From the NCBI RefSeq assembly GCF_964204645.1, contig NC_134028.1:6696001-6760000 (forward strand): a stretch of 64,000 nt of DNA. Reading direction: 5' to 3'. A model generated the notes under the pieces. The model searched no databases and had not been told where the DNA came from. It saw only the letters and a list, made by a program, of their open reading frames with translations. Below are positions 54,201-63,200 of the stretch, piece by piece. Position 1 is the first letter of the stretch; every line of letters begins with the position of its first letter. The stretch is from Tubulanus polymorphus (taxonomy: Eukaryota; Animalia; Nemertea). The position numbers and the translations under genes were made by a program.

Positions 54201-57200
54201 TAAGATCAGTCGATTGTCCATGCAATCCCATGGCTCTGCTCTTTAATCTAGGATATCTTAAGATTGGTCTTCATTAGATTGGTTTGGACTAAAAAGCGAG
54301 GCTTAACCTGGTCTTACAACAAAGAATTGAATAACGTTGTGAAATTAATACCGATATTATCAATTGTGATTTACAGATTCTACCGGTAGTACTGGTGAAG
54401 TGGTTAGTACCGATGTAGTAGTCAGTAGCTTCGATCTACCAGATTTGATCGCCGGACAAATTTATTACTATCAGAATATTCACAGCGGCGTGGAGCCCAC
54501 AGCAGACGGATTTCTCTACTATGTTACAGACGGAATCAACGCGTCTCCTCTATACAGACTGAACATCACCATTCAGGTACAAAATCCCGTCCAGCTTTTG
54601 ATGAAATATTCATTTTAGTCCATCATTGCCTTTTCGCGAGAAAATTCTACCAGGTACCTCTTATCAAATGTTTGTGATATTTAACAGCGTGGCCACTGAC
54701 CTGGAAAACCAGGAAAACTCAGGGAATCAGAAAATCTAGAAAAAAAATCCAGGGAATTTGGATAAGTTATTGACCACCTGTTTCTTTATCAATACCTGAT
54801 TGATAAAAGTGAATAAATTGTAAAAAACCAAGAATTCCTCGGATTTACACAGAGAATTTCGTCTTTTAACATGGAAAACTCCAGGAATTTGTAAATTGGT
54901 GGAAAGTAGCCATCCTGTTTAAGCACCAAGCGTCAAATCTTTGAACTTTGTGTATTGTATTTGAAGTTTCCTAGTTTACCTCATTCATTAGTTGATGAAC
55001 GATGAATTGCCGACCGTGGTTGGTGAGGATCTCTCCTGTCCAGAAGGTCATTGGGTTTTATTTTCCAACGCTACATTATTCGTACAAGATTTAGACACTG
55101 AACCCGAGGACATTGTCATAGCAATAGACAAAGTTCCCAAATTAGGTAATTCCAATTATTTACATATTAGTATATCTATTGAAATGTGTTCCTGCAATGA
55201 AGATTTAATGTACACTTATCTACCCTGGTGCCTTCTTAAGGTTCAATAAGGAAGAAAGAGCCTTGGCAGATGGCTTCGCTCGGTTTGAAATTAGTGAAAG
55301 GCATGGCATTCTCATATCAGGTAATGCTGAAAATAGATGGATTAATGATAAAGTCTTTATTTACAAAAAGTCTAGGAGAGAAATAGAAAAATACAAAAGT
55401 GCAAAAAAATCCATATTCACGTGGTAAAAATGTATTTACAATCAGAATAATTGAAGGACATTGATTTGAATGGTACAGCTCTCAACAAAAGTGTACATGG
55501 TATTAACTTTTAAATGCCATCTCTATATATTCGCATGACCATTGCAGGATATTCTCGATGAGTATGTAGTGTATACTCACGAAGGAGATGAAGGTTTCAC
55601 CGAGGACGAATTTCACTTGTCGATAACCGACGGTAAATCGACAATCGAGCATACAGTTAACGTGAATATCTGGAGTATGGATGACGAAACCCCACGCGTT
55701 ACCATCAATAGAGGAATTCGCATTCCCGCAGGTAACGCATTTCTCTTCTCAAGAATGAATAAGCCCATTGAAGGTTTCAATTGTTTCCGGTTTCCATTTC
55801 CAAAATTGGTGTATTTTACTTGTAAAAATTTCGCCTTACACCGAGCTGCCATGCTTGTTCAGATTAAGACCCTAGCGACGTTTATTGGATATCAGGCAAA
55901 TAAATACGCTCTAAACCCTTGATTGATGGGTGTTGATATGAACCTACATCCAAAACCCTAAGAAAATGGCTATATTGGACGTAAACATACGACCAAAACC
56001 TTTTAAATGGTACCGATGTACAGAATTTTGTTTCAAACATTTCAAACCTTAGGCACATCAAGGATAGTAACTATAGAAGATTTACTGGCCACGGATATCG
56101 ACTCTGATGATGAAGCTCTGATTTTCACGATTAAACGTCTGCCGATGATCGGAACATTGCTTCGTCAACCGAACGGAAAACCCGAACTTCTGAAGGTCAT
56201 GGATTCGTTCCCGCAAACGGATATTCAAAAAGGTACTACTACAGTAGAAACTGCTCAAATCGGATATTTTTGAAATGTGAAAATTTGTCCGGTTTGAATG
56301 ATCAGGCTGGATGGTTTTTAGACTTAAGTCCCATTGGGCTATTGCATTCTCTTTTGGTCCATGTATATGAGCGGCCATCCCCGCCAAACAGACGCTTAAG
56401 TCATCACATGAAGGATAAACCCATAACGTGAAGTATAATGTAGTAACGTGAAGGATAAACTCATAACGTGAAGGATAATGTCATGACGTGAAATATCAAC
56501 CTTAATCTAACGTGAAGGTGTCCCATAACGTGAAGTATAATGTAGTAACGTGAAGGATATGCTCATAACGTGAAGGATAATGTCATGACGCGAAAGATCA
56601 ACCTTAATCTAATGTGAAGGATAGAACCCATAACGTGAAGTATAATGTTGTAACGTGAAGGATCAACTCATAACGTGAAGTATAATGTCATGACGTGAAG
56701 GATCAACTCACGTCATCAAGGATAAACCTATTATGTCACCAGATGGCGTACCGGTCGGAAATACACCGGCAACCAGTCTAAAATAATTTCGGTCGAGTAC
56801 TATTGTCTATTATGTATGGGGTACTTCTGCAATTCAGTAGGCTTAAAGGAATAGTGCAATTCAAATGGATGCCTCGATTGAACGTGCTCGAATTTATTTC
56901 AAACGAAGGTTAAGCGATCTAATAGCGCCCGTTGAAAATGATAGCAGAAATCAAAATTACCTCCACTCCACCTTAGAAAAATACGCATTTTAACCGACTG
57001 GTTGCCGGTCTATTTCCGACCGGCACGCCATCTGGTGACATTAAAGGATTATCCTTGATGACGTGAGTTGATCCTTCACGTCATGACATTATCCTTCACG
57101 TTATGAGTTGATCCTTCACGTTACAACATTATACTTCACGTTATGGGTTTATCCTTCACGTTAGATCAACACGTTCGCTGCCGCTGACTAGATAAATCGT

Positions 57201-60200
57201 CATGGTGGGTGCGCCGCAGTTTGCCATGACGAGTTATATCGTCATCGATTCAATGTCATTTTACAGCATTATGAATGACCTGGCAGAGGCGAGAAACCAG
57301 ATAATAATTGTCTGGCAGTATGGAGAGACTAAGATATTATTTATGGGGGCAACTCAAGTCTGGTGCACACTTGAAATTTTTTCAAAAAAATCTTCAGAAA
57401 GCAATGCATTTTAGCTTCTTTTCCGGCCAATATTTAGAGAGAATATAACGACTAAAATCATTCTATATCATTTTTCAAATAAAACTTTTATTCTTTTAGA
57501 TTTTTATTTGATTTTTCACGCTTTTCACTGGCAATGGGGACAAGAAAAAATTGAGAATCTCTTCACCAGTGCCAGTGACGAGTTATCTCGTCATTGGTTT
57601 TTTACACTAAAATAGATCAGTGTATTTATCTATCAATGTACAAATAGTGCTGGCAGTATATAAATTGTATAATGTCAAAAATTAGCGTTGGCAATGGCGA
57701 CCGGACGTTAAACCACTAGGTGGCAGTGAACGTGTTAAGGTTGATCCTTCACGTCATGACATTATCCTTCACGTTATGAGTTTATCCTTCACGTTACTAC
57801 ATTATACTTCACGTTATGGGTTTATCCTTCACATGATGACTTTAGCGTCTGTTTGGCGGGGATGGCCGCCCATACATGTATTGGTACCTAGGCATATTTT
57901 GTTTCCATAATCCATTGCAAAATTGTAGTTCCAGACATGTTCTATGATTGTGGTGAGTTTCAAAGTCATTGGCTTCTTGATGTTCACCAAGGGGCATTGA
58001 ATATTGAAATTCTCAGAACTTAAACCACTTCCCAAGGGGCGTAGTGTCCCTGGACCCCTAGTTATTTCATGGAAAGGGTCAAAACATATTCAACAGAACA
58101 GTTGGTCCAGTAAGTCTCCATATGAACGGATCGACTTAACATCAAATATTTTTAGTAATCACCTCGATTCATTCAATAATCAATCGCAAGTTAGGGTTTT
58201 CTATATTTGCTTTTGATTTTCATTTGGACATTTATTTCAGGTTTATTGCGTTATTCCCACAAGCCTACCGATCCTATTGGAACAGACGTATTCAAGTTTA
58301 ACGTCGCTGACCCTGAAGGCAATTCCATGATCGATCAGTCGTTCATTGTTACCATTACGCGTAAGTTTCTGATTGACAACGACAATGGTTTATCAAGTTA
58401 TTGAAATGGGCCGTAACTCCAGATTCTCATCTAGTTTTTGCACTTTTCCTTAGATAATATTAGATAATATTAGACAGAAACTTGTCTATGGAAACTAAGT
58501 ATTCCGTATCGTATTCCGTATTTTCAATATTTTATGTGGTTTTCATTTTCTAGAAGACCGAGTTCCGCCAGAAATCGTATCGAATGAAATGTTGATCGTT
58601 AATGAAGGAAGTTCGGCGCCGCTCACAACGCATCATCTCTCGGCGACTGACGTCGATTCGGAACCGATGAATTTACTTTATACCGTCACCGAATTACCAA
58701 AATACGGCCATCTCGAAAATGTTGATAATCCAGGTATGATTACATATGTCAATTAGTGTTCTCCATATGCTGGAATGTTAAAGGGGCTGCATTCATTGTT
58801 AAGTGTTTAATATCGTGGCTGCTGAAGTAACAAGGCTTTCAATCCCCCAAAAAATACAGAAAAATAAATCTTAATTTGGTGTAATTTTTCACATTAGCTC
58901 AATATATTTCAAAGCAATTATCAGCATTGATAGAATATTGACATCCACACTGGACGGGGCAGCAGATATTCTATAAGGGGCGGCTCTGATTTTCAGAGGG
59001 GTGGATATAAAAATGAAAATACATAAAAGACATTACGAATAATCTATGAATCATGTTGGCTCAGTAATTTTACCAGGTATGTATGACTTAAGTGTCAAAA
59101 TATAGGCCTACACGTAATTTATTTTCTATCGTTGAACTAAAGGTAAATTTCTAACTGAATATCATTATAAAACTTCAGGAGTCCCAAAAAACTACTTAAA
59201 ATGTTGATACATACTGGTAGTTAATTCTCATAATATAGATAATTTTTTTTGTAGGGAAGCAAATCGTTCAGTTTATGCAGCAAGATATAGCAGCGTCTTC
59301 TATCATTTATATACACAATGGTTCCGATGAATCGAATATGGATCTTTTCACATTCTCAGTCTCGGATGGCACGAACCAGGTAATTCAAAATATGCTGTCC
59401 TAGTTCCACAATTACATTGTAATTTCGATGATGCTTTGAGTTAGATTTGATTATTCCCAAATATCTAAACCTTAGAGTCAGATTGTAACTGATTGATTGT
59501 ATTTTTGTATTTCTCACATTTACACAAATGAAACAATTGTATTTTGCAGGTAGTTCGTACATTTTATATATCAGTCCGGCCGATTGACGATTCGTTGCCA
59601 GTTGTTACGATGAGCGGTCTGCGAGTTCAAGAAGGAGTTCGTAAAACAATTACCGAGTTCAATCTCAAGGTCACAGATCCAGACACAAAGGTAAAGCCGA
59701 TTTGAAATTTACTCATTGATGTCAAGATTAGTAACCGTTACCAATACAGTTCAAGTAATACTTATTTATTTGGTTGTAGGATGGTCAGATCATTCTAACT
59801 ATAACGGAACCGCCTCGCTACGGAAAACTCAATATTCTTGTCGATAACAAGAACTTCGCCGGTAATAAATTCACGATGAGTCAAATCTACGAAGGATTGA
59901 TCAGTTACGAGCACGACGGATCCGAAACGACATCCGATTTGTTTAAATTTGTCGTCGATGATGGAACAAATTCACTATTCTTATGGCAGACGATTCGAGG
60001 CACTGAAAAACATCGCAATCCACTGGTAAGATAGCAATTCTATAATGCCTCCGTCCAACATTTCGACAAGGGTGGATTTTGAGAGGGTGGACTTCAGGGG
60101 GTATGGACCCTCCTAAATCTGAAAATAAGCTGAAGCTGCCTTCTCCTGGTTGATATCAGATACTTATGTTCCCATCAGGCCTAAATCATTTTTTTGTGGG

Positions 60201-63200
60201 AGGGGGTAATAAGGAGGGTAATCACACAATAAACGGTAAAATTTGCCCTTCTTTTCTCCTAAACCCCTGCCTGCCCTTTGAAATCCTGGATCTGTCTGTT
60301 TCTTTTCTGGAAATGTTTTCTGTTTCAAATTCACTTGATTTTCTGTAAATGAGCATTGTTACATTTTCTTGCGTGATTTGCATGATTTTCTATTTCAGAA
60401 TTTTGAAATCGAAATCATTCCGAGCGACGATGATTTTCCGGTTTTGGTCAACAATATCGGTTTAACTAATCTACACTACCGCAAGCGATTGGTGAGTTTG
60501 AATTAAATTCGACAACATTTTCAAAATGATTATCCCATTTAGGATTAGGCCTGGTTAAATTTCACTCTGTAGACCCTATAGCTGCAATAATATATCATAA
60601 GTAGTTAAGTAGTAAACCTGACTATTCATACAAGATCTAGTCCTATTGTCGAAACTTTTAAATCGAATCTGAAAATCTAATTGGGCTTAATGTTTTTAAC
60701 AAATTGGCAATTATTCTTAATCCTAATGTCAATTATGTCATAGATGATTGCATTTTTAATTTATTTTCATAACGTAAAGCAAAGAAAATAGATTATTATT
60801 TGTATTAAATTATCATCATTACTACAAAACTGGCCCTTAGTATTTCATTTCACTATTCTATTTCAGGCAATGAATGTAATTGGTCCGGAGCATTTAATGG
60901 TTGAAGATAGCGATACATTAGATGAGTTAATCGTATTCACTATCACTGTACCACCTCAGTACGGACAAATTGAATTCAACAGTAACCCAGGCATACCTAT
61001 TACTTCTTTTACTCAAGGTATGCTTGCTTTCATATTGTAACTAGTTCTTGTGTCTCCTAAGAACATGCATAACTTCACTTTTACAGTACATGTATTTCTA
61101 GCCGACGTTAATCAAAAGTTTGTACGTTACGTTTTAACTAAAGAAACCACTGGGACTCAGGATTGTTTCACATTCAATATAGCGGACAGCAAACCTAACG
61201 TCGTTGAAGGAATGTTGTTCTATGTTTTGTGGTCGGTCGTCGGTTTTCCTCGTGCGCAGTTCAACATTACTGAAACAGTCGGTACATTGCATATTCCCGT
61301 ACATAGAGTCGGTAATATCAGACAGGTAGGCACAAAATTCATCAGCTCAACCCAGTTTCAGTTAAGGTCTGAGACCTGCTTAAGCGTTACTCACGCAATG
61401 CAGGGAACTCGGAAATGCAAAAACAAAGAATCAAACATGTTTGATCTCTAAAACCATTGTTCCCAAAATCATGTTTCTTGTTCACGATTGATAAAACATG
61501 TTTCTTGTTTCTTGTAAACACACACGACATAGCGAAATACTTGGAAACATGTTTCTATCTCTTGTTTCCATGATTCCCTGCGTCATGTGCCTTAACATCT
61601 TTTTGGACTCATTCCATGACTGACCCCTGATTCTTACGGTGTACAGTACCTGGTACTCTTATTATAAGGGGAGATTTTCATCGTTGTTATTCTTACACCT
61701 TCAATTTCAGTATTCTGTTGTGACTTGCAGAACAGTAGAAGATGTCGCCAGGTCAAACGGGCAACACATCGGATATCATGATTTCATTTACTGGGAAGGA
61801 CAGGTAACCACTCGATATGTGCTTCCATTATGACTAGTTTCCATCATATATATGTAAGCTTAGATCATCTTTCAAGAAAAAATCTGAAATCATGATATTC
61901 TAGAAAGCGAGACGTGTAAACTTGTAGAGATGAACTTTGGATGATGAACTGCTTGAGAGACCTAGTATATCTCATGCTATTATAGCAAAAATACTCCTCT
62001 AATGTGTTTTTGGTACAATTATTATAGGTACAATTTGATGAATGGCAAGACTCAAAAGTTTGTTCCATCTCGATCAACGATGATCTGGTTTTTGAGGGTC
62101 GAGAGAGGTTTTACGTCGAACTGGTCAATCCCGTCAACACTTTGATTACGCATCCGGCTAGAGCTGAAATTATGATTCTAGACGCAGAGGATGGTATGAG
62201 ATCCTGAAGCAAAGTCATTGAGCTGTAGTTAGATACATTTTGTGAATGAAATATTTGAATCAGGTTTTCCATTTTCACTTCAGAACCGTTGTTAGAATTT
62301 GGAGAAACGCTTTATCAAGTGAACGAAACTGATAGTTACGTAAATGTAGTCATTAAACGCACAGGTATTTAATGTTCTGTTCATTATTCTAAATCACGAA
62401 AAAGAGAAATTCTTCATTCATTTCTTCATATACCGGCATATTCACACAATGAAGTGGCAAAACATAGTGTTGGAAGAATTCTTTTCGACTTGACCATAGG
62501 TGTATACGTCTGTGACTAGACTAACCAAGACTTGCTACAATCTTGATTTGGTCGCCCTTTGGACGCAACTACACCGGGAAGCAACTCAATATTGAACAAC
62601 TAGAAAAGATTTTGTCTAGCGATTTATCTATTTCTAGATATGCAACTGAGCAGATTTCGCAATTTCAAGTGACTGTTATTGAGTTAAAGTTGCTAGTTAC
62701 CGCAACTAGTCTTCAGAAACTGTTGCATCAATCCGAGCACTTAAATGTCTCCATTGAGAGCTGAGCTTATTTTCCAATGAATCCGGTTAATTCCAGTATC
62801 GATGATATTCATCTGACACAAGCGACATGAGCTTACAGTTCACTACATACCGGTTCAATCCTCCTTACAGGTGATTTGTCCTCGGTCGTCTCGGTTATCT
62901 GTTCAACAATCTCCGGAACGGCCACTGGCAGCGGAGCGACTCTCAATTCTGGATCTGACTTCGTATCTCGTCGTAAAACTGATCAGAACAGAGTCGTAAT
63001 TACTGCTGGAGAATCGCAAGCTACCTGTGATATAAGGGTAAGTAGAAAACAAAAACATGCTTTTTTTACAAATAAGATGAACATAAGAGATGAAATTACT
63101 TAGAATATCAAAGTCAGAGTTGTAACTGCTATGAAACTTTTTTAGATAATTGATGACAGTATCTATGAAGACAGCGAACGATTTGAGTTAGAATTATCCG

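Noticed and set aside
56400-57835. CRISPR-like short repeat array
   Set aside because: No unique spacers, units form mirrored higher-order repeats inside TIRs, no cas genes, eukaryotic intron.
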